From Candidatus Marinacidobacterales bacterium (GTDB lineage: Bacteria > Acidobacteriota > Vicinamibacteria > Marinacidobacterales > DATDRI01): a DNA stretch of 64,000 nt. The notes under the pieces were generated by a model. That model saw only the letters and a program-made list of their open reading frames with translations, was not told the DNA's origin and ran no database searches. Below, piece after piece: positions 20,901-29,727 of the stretch (position 1 is its first letter; each line of letters opens with the position of its first letter). The position numbers were made by a program, and so were the translations under genes. The DNA lies in NCBI GenBank assembly GCA_965226495.1, contig OZ245365.1, forward strand, positions 3,552,001 to 3,616,000, given 5' to 3'.

Positions 20901-21317
20901 CTTGGTGAGAACAGCATCCCGGCCAGACGGGGGGGCGGGAGAGCTAGGATCGAGGTCGTGGAAAGCCCGGAAGCGCTCGTCGATGCCGTACACCTGGACC
21001 CGGGAGCTCCGCAGGCCGCTCTTCTCGTGTATGACGAACCCTTCGAGAACAATCAGAGGGCTGGCTTCTCGGAATGTAGCGCGAAAGTCTTGATGGGCCT
21101 GGATCTCGTCCGCCAGGTCCTCCGTGAAGAAGTCGAGTGCTGAGACAACGTACTCGACGTTGCCAAGCCGGCCAAGGAATAGGCTCCGGAGGCTCTCCCG
21201 GACGGACTCCCCGACGAGTAACGCACCCGCCAAGACTGCCACCGCCGTCGCCACTCCCCAGACGACGGCGAGGTGAGTCCGCCAGTAATACGTGAGGCTG
21301 CGCTTCAGGATCGTCAT
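17928..21317 (-). CDS. Large ABC transporter permease with two FtsX/MacB-type modules
   Basis: Start MTILKR at 21317; two FtsX signatures (EQRLPEIGILFALGF, ERRRELALLRAVGY) with large periplasmic loops. Confidence 0.88.
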   Translation of the reverse strand: MTILKRSLTYYWRTHLAVVWGVATAVAVLAGALLVGESVRESLRSLFLGRLGNVEYVVSALDFFTEDLADEIQAHQDFRATFREASPLIVLEGFVIHEKSGLRSSRVQVYGIDERFRAFHDLDPSSPAPPSGRDAVLTKRLALELNSTPGDTILLRVEQPYEVPGEFLHGRRGQKGRTIRLRASEGLPSSGTKDFALYPQQGAVRALFVPLERLQRDLDQEGKVNTLLVSGHDDTSASTNRDAVLAGILKETFRLADVGIQLRALEAAHCLSLESGQILISDPLAVAAQKASSDLGLDTSFIYTYLANSILSGSKEVPYSLVSALDPEAFDSLQAGLERLPLPEGSTERPIVINDWVARDLAVRLGDPLTLEYYFWKDEGRLEIRNADFQIVGIVPIEGAAGDPDLAPTYPGITESDALSDWDPPFPLDLERIRDRDEEYWDLYGTTPKAFIPLAAGQRLWRSRFGALTSIRIFPSVGMEDLESTLNSFRSGLRDTIDPIESGLSIYPARAQGLRASRGATDFGQYFVYFSFFLVVSALLLAGLFFRLGVEQRLPEIGILFALGFTSARIRRLFLSEGLLLAALGSLIGAVGAVAYAELIMLGLRTWWVDAVGTELLTLHASTKWLALGGLGGILAAILGIAWTLRGVKPMTPRSLLTGTALDSATTPGKRRKAMLLSIGSALAASALLIGAWSGSLSQVAGFFGAGTLLLVASLGYLWTRLANRSAHLIAGTGNWAVSRLGFRNVSYRPGRSLLCVALIAFATFIIVAVDAFRRDDRQASMDPKSGTGGFSLLAESLIPLTWDPNAVEGKESLGIDDEPILANVRFSALRVRPGEDASCLNLYRPQNPRILAPSREFVESARFAFAGTLADSQEDKDNPWLLLDREETDRAIPVIGDANSMTYVLHLKLGEDFLLERAGEEPLRLRLVAMLKDSVFQGELLMSERNFLRAFPDQEGFRFFLLDVPAKETERVTEALEQGLSDFGFDVAGTAERLAGFHRVENTYLSTFQALGGLGLVLGTLGLGAVLLRNVLERRRELALLRAVGYDSRAFSLMVLSENAVMLFWGLAIGTLCALVAIAPALVSRGGGFSLPSLILLLLAVLASGAVASLLAVAASVRSPLLESLRAE

Positions 21318-21366
21318 TTTCGTACAAGTGCCACCCACTTGGTGACCGGGTCCGATCGACAGCCAA

Positions 21367-22068
21367 TTACACCGGGGTGAGCTTCCCCCCGACAAGTTGC
21401 AGCCGCTGGGGGAACCGTGCAGCCAGCTCGGCGCTATGGGTGACGACGACTAGAATCCTCCTGTCTCGAGCACCAAGCTCTAGCAGCAAAGAAGCCACGT
21501 TCTCCGCTGAACGTGGATCCAGGTTTCCTGTCGGCTCATCGCAAAGCAGCAAGTTCGGGTCTCGGATCAACGCACGCGCAACCGCGATCCGCTGTTTTTC
21601 TCCCCCCGACAGCTCGGATGGGCGATGGTCGATGCGAGCGGTGAGGCCCACCTGCTCGACAAGATGTCTCGCCCGCGCCGGATAGTCCTCCCCAGGCGGA
21701 GCAACCAGAGTGGGAGTCAAAACGTTCTCGAGGACCGAACATTGGGGCAGCAAGTGATGGTCTTGGAATACGAAACCCACCTCTTCGTTTCGAAAGGAGG
21801 CGATCCCCGTGGCGTCGAGATCATAAGGATTGCGGCCTCCGAGTCGAACCGTTCCCGAAGTGGGCGGCTCCAACGCACCGACAATATAAAGGAACGTGCT
21901 CTTCCCGCCTCCGGATGGTCCCATGATCGAAACCGCGTCGCCCAGAGACAGCGAAAGGTCCACCCCCGCAAGCACAGAAAGTTCTCCCCGCGGCGTGGGA
22001 TATTCTTTCCTCAGATCCTTGACTTCGAGAATCGGGGACGTCTGATCTCGGTGAGGGTTGGAGCTCAA
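21367..22068 (-). CDS. ABC transporter ATP-binding protein (LolD/MacB-like)
   Basis: GPSGGGKST, GFVFQ, LSGGEKQR, CDEPTGNLD, VVTH; TTG 22068 overlaps the upstream stop. Confidence 0.92.
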   Translation of the reverse strand: MSSNPHRDQTSPILEVKDLRKEYPTPRGELSVLAGVDLSLSLGDAVSIMGPSGGGKSTFLYIVGALEPPTSGTVRLGGRNPYDLDATGIASFRNEEVGFVFQDHHLLPQCSVLENVLTPTLVAPPGEDYPARARHLVEQVGLTARIDHRPSELSGGEKQRIAVARALIRDPNLLLCDEPTGNLDPRSAENVASLLLELGARDRRILVVVTHSAELAARFPQRLQLVGGKLTPV

Positions 22069-23498
22069 GGTTGCGCTTCCTGAAACGCACGGGCTCGATA
22101 CAAGAAGTCGATGATGTTTCCCTCGTGAGGCTGGAGCCAATTGAGGCGGATGGTGGGAATCGGACCGAGGTTCAAGCGGTCGATCTGTGTAGCGTCCAGC
22201 AACGCGCGCCGAAAACCAGTATCCTCGGTAATGACGCTGCCCACCAACGTCCCTCCCATCGAAGAAAGCATTTTCTCCTGCGGGCATTTCACAACCGACA
22301 CGAACGGAAACATGTACTCCTTGTTTGCCAACGGGTTTTCTACCGACTCGCAATGTATGACGGTGGGGCGGAGATAATCACAGCGCTCACGCTTGACGAG
22401 ACGGCCATCGCCTCCGTCTCGGTATCTAGCCGTTAGGTCCTCCGCTCCCGGAGTCTCCAGGCCGCGGTCGATCTCGTTGGAGATCGCTTGAGCAACTCCC
22501 GGCACAGTGAAGGCCGCGAGTAAGCTTTCCGGGTCGCCTGACGGCCGGGGCGCGACGGGGCCGAGACGTTTGGCGAGGGCCTCCGCGATCTCCTTCGTAT
22601 GTCTGGAGGCCCAAATGCCGGAACAACTGATGCAGCTGCGGCCGCTGTTAGCCAACACGCTGTCCACCATCACATCCAGGTATCTCTCCCACTCGTCCAC
22701 CTTGTCGTCGCCGAGAAAGATCTTGCTGAATCCTGGCCCGTGTACTTGCACCCCCGGGTTCCCCTTGTATCGGTCTACGGTCGACGTGCCACCAAAGATC
22801 AAACTTCGGGAACAGCTGGCCACCACCGCCGCCCCAACGTCTCCGAGGCCTGGATAGATCGAGATGGCTTCCTTTGGGATCCCTGCCTCGAAAAAAGCCT
22901 GTGACATGCGATAGGGAGTCCAGGGTTCTTGAGGCCCCGGCTTGAACACTAGGCCGATTTGAAGAGGGATCACCGGCAGCCACAAAGTGTGGACACCCGG
23001 GGAGTTCGAAGGAAGTACCAAACCGAGAACGGGTGACTCGGCCTGATAACTCAGCAGAACACCGCGTTCAGAGGCTCCGTACCCCTGACTCAGAATCGAG
23101 AGATCTAATCCCCGGGTCAGGGCATCCAAAATCTCTTCCATATGGGTAAGAACGAAGTAATTCTTCTCCATGTTGGACCGACACATGTGCTCAGGGAGGC
23201 CGGTGGTCGCGGATTGGTAGTAGACAAACTGCTCGGGCGTTTGGCTTCCATCCCCCAACGGAAGTTCCGCCGACTGGTAAAGCTCGGCGGCCTTTTTCAC
23301 CATCGAGATCAAATCGCCAATAGGGATCTCCCTCAGTACGTCCCGCGCACGTTGCGCTCGACGCATATCGCGCTGCACCAGACCGGGGTTCGCTTGGCTC
23401 ACCTTCGCGAGCTCTTCACCCGTTTGAAAGTGGACAACCGTGTCCACCTCGAGACTGGTGTACGGCTTGCCCCAACGAATTATCGGGATGTTGATCAT
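22065..23498 (-). CDS. Aldehyde dehydrogenase-fold protein, probably acyl-reductase type (LuxC/EhpG-like)
   Basis: LPSNSP (PxN), FKP, FGG, NSGRSC catalytic Cys, EYMFP; HGPG replaces ELGG. Confidence 0.8.
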   Translation of the reverse strand: MINIPIIRWGKPYTSLEVDTVVHFQTGEELAKVSQANPGLVQRDMRRAQRARDVLREIPIGDLISMVKKAAELYQSAELPLGDGSQTPEQFVYYQSATTGLPEHMCRSNMEKNYFVLTHMEEILDALTRGLDLSILSQGYGASERGVLLSYQAESPVLGLVLPSNSPGVHTLWLPVIPLQIGLVFKPGPQEPWTPYRMSQAFFEAGIPKEAISIYPGLGDVGAAVVASCSRSLIFGGTSTVDRYKGNPGVQVHGPGFSKIFLGDDKVDEWERYLDVMVDSVLANSGRSCISCSGIWASRHTKEIAEALAKRLGPVAPRPSGDPESLLAAFTVPGVAQAISNEIDRGLETPGAEDLTARYRDGGDGRLVKRERCDYLRPTVIHCESVENPLANKEYMFPFVSVVKCPQEKMLSSMGGTLVGSVITEDTGFRRALLDATQIDRLNLGPIPTIRLNWLQPHEGNIIDFLYRARAFQEAQP

Positions 23499-23511
23499 AC
23501 GGCGCTCTACC

Positions 23512-24612
23512 TCAATAGACCCCGACCGTCGTGGTGGCTGCTAGCTTCTGGAAAGGGCGGACTCCGCTTACTCCATCCCAAGGATAGAGGGCATACGGTG
23601 CCTCCCTCTCCCCCTCGTCACGTTCGAGAAACCCGGGGACGAAAAACTCTTTCGTCAAGGTCGTGAGCTTCACGCGGCCCGTCTCTCCGTAATCAACCAC
23701 TCGCTCGGGGTCGTCCGGATCCACCACCTCGATGACGGCTCGCGGCTGCGGTGGATAATATGTGATCTTATAGTTATCGTCCGGTCCAACTGGCTTGGAA
23801 GCAGCCAGTCCCATCAATGTGTTCCCGTACGTTGGTGTGATGTACACTCCGTCGAGAAGCTCCTCCACGGCAAACCGTGTCCACTGCGGGGTGAACTCGG
23901 TGCCTCCCGAAAAGATGCCGGTGATACCCGTTTCTTTGACGCTCGACCCTTGTTCTTCCAGCGCCAACGCGAGTGTTTCCAAAAGCTTCGGTGTCGTAAA
24001 GAGACATCGGATGTCGTGACCGGCACTCAAGGTCGTGAGCGCCTGTTGAATCACATGCGCCTTGTAGGCTTCGAGTTGGTCCGTCCAACCTTTGTCAATC
24101 AGTTTAATGACCCATCGCGGATCGAGATCGACACAGAAACAAATGCCGCCCCGATACTGCGCCAAGTGCTCCACGGCTAGGCGCAGTCGACGTGGACCCG
24201 AGGGGCCGAGCATCAACCAGTTGGCACCCCTGGGGAAGTACTCCTCCGGAAGAGACTCACTGAACAGCTCGTAGTCGATACGAAAATCATCGATGGCGAT
24301 CCGGCTCTTCGGGATCCCAGTAGTGCCCCCGGTCTCGAAAACAAAGATGGGCCGACTGGCAAAAGCCTTGGGCACCCAACGGCGAACCGGCCCCCCCCGG
24401 AGCCATTCGTCCTCGAAAGACGGGAAGCGACGGAGATCCTCGAAGACCTCGATATCGCTCCTCGGATCGAATTCCAATTTTCCGGCGAATTCGAGCCAGA
24501 ACGGAGATCCCGTCTCTGGGTTGAAATGCCACTCTACGATCTCCCTCACGTGGAGGTCGAGCGCCTGCTTTGCCTCTCTTGCTCTCGCGTCAATCGGTAA
24601 CCCCTGACTCAC
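23512..24612 (-). CDS. Short adenylate-forming enzyme (EhpF/LuxE/PaaK-like)
   Basis: ETGGTTGIPK P-loop, YGNT, ERD; only 366 aa; WHF.PETGSPFW N-terminal motif. Confidence 0.75.
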   Translation of the reverse strand: MSQGLPIDARAREAKQALDLHVREIVEWHFNPETGSPFWLEFAGKLEFDPRSDIEVFEDLRRFPSFEDEWLRGGPVRRWVPKAFASRPIFVFETGGTTGIPKSRIAIDDFRIDYELFSESLPEEYFPRGANWLMLGPSGPRRLRLAVEHLAQYRGGICFCVDLDPRWVIKLIDKGWTDQLEAYKAHVIQQALTTLSAGHDIRCLFTTPKLLETLALALEEQGSSVKETGITGIFSGGTEFTPQWTRFAVEELLDGVYITPTYGNTLMGLAASKPVGPDDNYKITYYPPQPRAVIEVVDPDDPERVVDYGETGRVKLTTLTKEFFVPGFLERDEGEREAPYALYPWDGVSGVRPFQKLAATTTVGVY

Positions 24613-24613
24613 T

Positions 24614-25963
24614 TCATTCGACTCCTATTCCGCTCGAAGAGCCTGCTCTTGCAGATCGGCTTGGCGCCGGTCCGATTCCGGAAGAATGGTTTACGTACAC
24701 CTCGAGAGTGCGTCGTGCTTCCTGCTCGACACTGTAATGCTCGTAAACGCCGTTACGCCCGTTGCGGCCCAATTCGTCCGCCAAGCCGGGATCCTCCCAG
24801 ATAGAGACAATCCCCGCGGCCACGTCGGTGCCGTGTTCGGAGTCGACCAAGAGCCCACCCCTTGTTTTCTCGATGATCTCCGGGAAAGCCCCGTGGCGGG
24901 GCTGTACGACCGGAACACCGCAAGCCATTGCCTCCAACAGGTACATACCCTTTGGTTCTTTGTAGCTGCTGGGGACAGACAAGACGTCCAAACCCTGGAG
25001 GAATTTAACCTTGGCCGCGCGATCGAGAGTTCCACGATATCGGAGCTCCCCGTCGAGCCCGGAGTCACTCATTTGCTGCTGGATGCCACGGAGATAGGCT
25101 CGGTGCTCCGACGCCATGTAACCCGCGACCTCGAGTCGCGCGCCGGTCAAGCCTTTGTTTTTGCGGAGGTGACGGTAGGCGTCGACGAGGTTGTGCAATC
25201 CTTTTTCGGGCGCCACTCGCGCAAAATATCCAATGGTGAAAGGCTCCCTGCGAGAAGTTGGCCGAGCCTCATAGCCCTTGAGATTGATACCCAAGGGAAC
25301 TACGTACATTTTCTCCTCGGGAACGTGGAGGTAGTCGGCCATAAATCCCGCGTAGTAGTCGCTCACCGCGACAAATGCGTCTACGTGCTGGATGCTCTGT
25401 CTAATCAACTCGAGCGCTCTCGCCTTGTACGGCTCTTGCAGGCCCTCGAGAAAAAGATCCTCGCCTTGAAGAGTGCAAAACACCGGGCGGTTCACCGCCT
25501 TCTTGATCGGCGCAGCCAGCCCGATGAGGAGCGAGTTAGGAAGATTGACGACGTCGGGCGTGGGTTGGCTCTCGAGCCAATGAAGGAGTTTCTGCAGTTC
25601 CTTACCGTGGACGCCCGCTTCGCCCTCAAGCATGGAGATGGTGAGATCTCCCAGAAGAGCGGGGGCGGTTGATAAGGAAAAGTGCATGGCGGTTTTGATG
25701 GCGAAGGAAGAATCCCAGAGGCGATCGAGCAGCCATGGCGTCTTGCGGAATATCGGCACGTACTGCTGAAGGTAGACGCTCACTCCGCCGAAGAGGACCT
25801 TGTTCTCGCTGACGTTGGGCTCGTCAGTCAGAGTCGGCGTGTAGACCGGCAGCAGAACAACGTCGTGGCCCAGAGTCTTGAGCTCCGCGGCTAGTGCGTT
25901 GTCGCGGAGGCAACTACCGCAGTACATGCCGCCCGCACCGGCGGTTATGAAAAGAATCTTCAT
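24614..25963 (-). CDS. Glycosyltransferase family 4 (GT-B)
   Basis: Start MKILFI at 25963; ARVAPEKG, EPKGMYLLEAMACGVPVV (E-x7-E), GAFPEII. Confidence 0.9.
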   Translation of the reverse strand: MKILFITAGAGGMYCGSCLRDNALAAELKTLGHDVVLLPVYTPTLTDEPNVSENKVLFGGVSVYLQQYVPIFRKTPWLLDRLWDSSFAIKTAMHFSLSTAPALLGDLTISMLEGEAGVHGKELQKLLHWLESQPTPDVVNLPNSLLIGLAAPIKKAVNRPVFCTLQGEDLFLEGLQEPYKARALELIRQSIQHVDAFVAVSDYYAGFMADYLHVPEEKMYVVPLGINLKGYEARPTSRREPFTIGYFARVAPEKGLHNLVDAYRHLRKNKGLTGARLEVAGYMASEHRAYLRGIQQQMSDSGLDGELRYRGTLDRAAKVKFLQGLDVLSVPSSYKEPKGMYLLEAMACGVPVVQPRHGAFPEIIEKTRGGLLVDSEHGTDVAAGIVSIWEDPGLADELGRNGRNGVYEHYSVEQEARRTLEVYVNHSSGIGPAPSRSARAGSSSGIGVE

Positions 25964-26079
25964 CTTTGAAAGGAATCCTACTGTGCCCAATCCATCCGCG
26001 CAATTCCGCCAAGTGCCAGCCGTTTGGTAGCTGGCGGCTACACTTCGCAGATTCTATACTGCTCGAGACGAGGACCTGG

Positions 26080-26407
26080 ATGGTCAGAAGAACCGCCTGT
26101 TTCGTGATTGCCCTCGTCTGGCTGTCCGGAACTGCCCTCGCAGGCACGCAAGGCCACCGAGAAGGACGGCGAGAAGAAAAAGTCCCTGAAACGGTTCCTC
26201 CACGTCTATAACTACGACCCCCGGGAACTTCACGAGATCTGGCAACAATCAGAGCAGAGGAAGCACCTAGCTGGTCCCATCTGGCTTGGTGGCTACTACA
26301 TCCCCCCGAGCCAACAGCCAGGCCCGGGCCCTCCCCTGCAGATCTGGGGTCGCGGGTTTGGAACCAGCCTCTGGAGGGACCCGGTTACTGGTTGGCCCAT
26401 CCGGTAA
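26080..26407 (+). pseudogene. Probable small exported protein, frameshifted near 26145
   Basis: GAGG + ATG 26080 gives signal peptide MVRRTACFVIALVWLSGTALA; a protein-like continuation (KDGEKKKSLKRFLHVYNY...WRDPVTGWPIR) lies in the +1 frame. Confidence 0.45.
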
Positions 26408-26476
26408 ACCAGCGTCACACCCCGTGCCACCCTTTTTGAGGGAGGCCGCTTCTCGCTTTTTTCGTCTTCTGTAGCT

Positions 26477-27400
26477 GTGGCAAGAAGGCTTCGCTTCATA
26501 CCAGAGGGGCACATGGTTGAGGTGGGGAATCGGACCATCCAGGGACGCTACCTGCTCCGTCCAACCCCTGAGCTCCGCAACGTCCTCCTTGGCATCCTCG
26601 GCCGGGCCCAGCGGCTCTATGGCATGTGCATTCACGCGTTTGTGTTTCTATCCAACCACTACCATATGCTCCTGTCACCGACGAGCGCCAAACAACTAGC
26701 CGAATTCATGTGTTTCGTGGACACGAACATCGCTAAGGAGGCCGGGAAGCTGGCCAACTGGAAAGGCAGGTTCTGGGCCGATCGCTATAGCGCGATCGTT
26801 GTAAGCAATGAAGAGCAAGCCCAAGTTGGACGGCTCCAATACGTTCTTTCTAACGGGTGCAAGGAAGGTCTCGTCGCAAGACCCCACGAGTGGCCTGGAG
26901 CCAGCACCACATCGGCCCTTCTAGAGGGCACGCCAACACTCTCCGGCCACTGGTGCGACCGCACCAAAGAGTACCGGGCCAGGCAGGCGGGAAGAACCGA
27001 GCTCTTTGTCGTCCCCGAAACAATCACGCTCTCCCCCTTACCATGTTGGGCTGACCTCGCGGAGAATGAGCGCAGGCTTTGCGTGAGACGAACAGTTCGA
27101 GAAATTGAGGATGCCACGGAGAAAATGCACCGAGAAAACGATTCTTCGCCACTGGGCATAAAGGAGATTTTGCAAAGGCGTCCCCACTCCCATCCAAAGG
27201 ATTTCCAACCTTCACCTGCCCCTCTTTTCCATACGGCTTCCCAGCAGGTACGCCGCTTGCTTAGGGACGCGTATTCCACCTTCGTGATGAACTATCGCCA
27301 CGCTGCTGAACGTTTGAAGGCTGGCGATCTCCAGGTTTGTTTTCCCGCGGGAAGTTTTCCTCCTGCTTGCCCGTACGTACCAGCATCAGGGTTCGGATAG
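26477..27400 (+). CDS. HUH (Y1) transposase, RAYT/IS200-like
   Basis: MARRLR N-terminus, FVFLSNHYHML, GRFWADRY, YVLSN..KEGLV..PHEWPG. Confidence 0.85.
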   Translation: MARRLRFIPEGHMVEVGNRTIQGRYLLRPTPELRNVLLGILGRAQRLYGMCIHAFVFLSNHYHMLLSPTSAKQLAEFMCFVDTNIAKEAGKLANWKGRFWADRYSAIVVSNEEQAQVGRLQYVLSNGCKEGLVARPHEWPGASTTSALLEGTPTLSGHWCDRTKEYRARQAGRTELFVVPETITLSPLPCWADLAENERRLCVRRTVREIEDATEKMHRENDSSPLGIKEILQRRPHSHPKDFQPSPAPLFHTASQQVRRLLRDAYSTFVMNYRHAAERLKAGDLQVCFPAGSFPPACPYVPASGFG

Positions 27401-27444
27401 CACAAAACGCCGGTCGCTATTTCCTCGAACATGGCCGCTAGACA

Positions 27445-29621
27445 TCAGTGCATCGAAAATTGAACGCTGGCGTACGCCGCGAAAGGATCCGCGGGAATTA
27501 CTGCAAAATTGCCAAAACCGCGAGTCTCGAAGTCGCGGTTCGTTAGGTTCTTCAAATTCAGGCTCAGCTTCCATTGGCCAACTCGATAGTAGACGTTCGC
27601 GCCAAGCGTGAAGTATCCAGGGATCTCGAACGCGTTGTCGGGGGCGATGAACTGCCCGCTAACATAACGCACGCCCCCTCCCAGTCCCAAGCCGCTTGCG
27701 AACTCCTGCGTTGTCCATACGTTAAAGATATGCCGCGGGGCGAAAGGAGCTACATTTCCCGACCGCTCGAGGGTGACGAACGGAGGAATTGCACCCGTGA
27801 ACACGCTCTCCGCGAAGTCAGTCAACTCGGAGTCATTGAGCGCGTAGGTAATGAATGAGAACCAAGTGCCTGACACCTGAGTGGCAACCTCCACCTCTAA
27901 GCCTCGGGATCGCTGGTTGCCCGCCTGCTGGGTAATACCACTCGCATCAGGGATTGCGATTTTGTCTCTCTCCAAATTGTAGAACGCCACCGTGGCGTTG
28001 CTGCGGCCGCCGGCAAACTGCTTCTTCAACCCCAGTTCGAACTGCCAAGCTTCCTCGGGCTCTCTCTCCCCGATGACGCGGCTCGAGGGTGGAGCGAAGG
28101 CCTCGCTGTAGCTCGCGTAGATAGAAACGCTCGGGCGCGGCATGAAGACCCCACCCAACATCGGACTAAACGCGGTCGTGTCTCTCGCCGTGTCCGTGAC
28201 CGCATCCTCATAATCAATTGAGTCCCACCGCCCGCCAACGAAGACCTCCACCCGAGAAGAAAAAGCGATATGGTCCAGGAAATACGGCGCGAGCGTGACG
28301 CTCTGCGCGTCGGCGGCCGTGGACAGCCCCGGAATCAGGAAAACCGGCTCGGCAGCCGTCTCAACAGGGTCGAAGAGATCGATGGTCGGCAGGAACCCCA
28401 CATCGAGCGTAAACTCGTCCGTCAGTCGTGTCGCCTCGAAACCCACCAGCGCACGGTGCTCGATCGCTCCCGTCCTGAAACTCACGAGCGCCTCGAGTTG
28501 GTTCCCCAGCAGTTTCTGGCGATCGTCCAGCAGCGTTAGGTTCCGAAATACATCGACACTCCCGGCGGCATTGGGAAACGCGCCCACCAGCAGCGTCCCG
28601 GCGGTCTGCCAATCCAAGTCGGTCAAATAGAACTTGTCCCGCAGTGTCACGTGCGCATTGAGCTCGGAACGAACGTCCGCGCGCAACCGGTAGATCCCCT
28701 GCTCCGAGGCGTCCAACGGGGATTGATAGGATCGTGTCCGCGGAACCTCCGGCACCTCGTTGAAGAGTAGCGGCAGCCCGGAGTCCGGCTTGTATTCGTT
28801 GTTCACATACTCGAAGTTGACGTTCACGTTCGTTTTTCAGTGACCTCGAAATAGACAACGGGATTGACCGCGAACTGCCGGTTGTCCTTATCATCCCGAT
28901 AAAACTCCGAGCTCGTGTAGGCTGCATTCACACGCAATGCCGCGCGGCCATCGGAGCGAGAGACGTTGACATCCGCCGTCCCCTGCAAAGACTGGAAAGA
29001 GCCCAGATTCAGCTTGAAGTCGGCGGTATTCTTCGCCACCGGTGCCTTGCGAATGAGGTTCACTGTGCCGGACAAAGGATTCCCACCGTATAGGAACGCC
29101 GCCGGCCCCTTGAGCACCTCGACGCGCTCCACGTTGTAAAGCTGATAAAAAGTACTCTCCGGCTCGAAAGCGCCATCGGTCATGACCAGGCCGGTATCGA
29201 GAGAATCGAAGCCCCGGACCGTAAAGAAATCGAAAACACCGAACCCGGTGGCCACGTTCACTCCGCTGACGTTCTGCAGAGCCTCGCCGAGGATCGTCGC
29301 ATTTTGACGCTCGAAAACGAATCGGGGAACGACTCCAACACTTGCCGGCGTCGATTGCCGCGAGACCGGGATCTTTGCGAAGGTGCTTTCCATCGTCGGA
29401 ATCGCATCCACGCTTCCCTCCACGAGAACACGTTCCTCGAACCGGGGCGGCGCGGTCTCCTCGGCAGACTGCTCCTTCGATTTCTCGTCGGGCGCTTGTT
29501 CCACCCTTTCTTCCGATTCGGCCTGGTTGGTGTCCTGAGGGCCCCACAACCCGGAGGCCGGCGCCCCCCAGAGCAATACGCCGATGCTGACTCCTACCAG
29601 TCGGACGCAAACAAGGTTCAT
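27445..29621 (-). pseudogene. TonB-dependent receptor, split by a frameshift at ~28833-28837
   Basis: N-part has signal peptide and plug (ALQNVSG, VRGF, VERVEVLKGP..LYG..G.VNL); C-part is a beta-barrel with NL.NLTNR; one extra A in the A5 run rejoins the frames. Confidence 0.88.
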
Positions 29622-29727
29622 CTCTTCGTCAAGCCTTTCTCAAGCTCCAAGAGCCGGCATTATAACCCGCCCCGACACAAAGATCCATGGCGGCTTGCAC
29701 GCAAGGTCAATACAATGGGACGGAGAT

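Noticed and set aside
22065-24612. Bioluminescence (lux) or phenazine cluster
   Set aside because: No luxAB/luxD or phz core genes in the window; only the reductase-like pair is shared.
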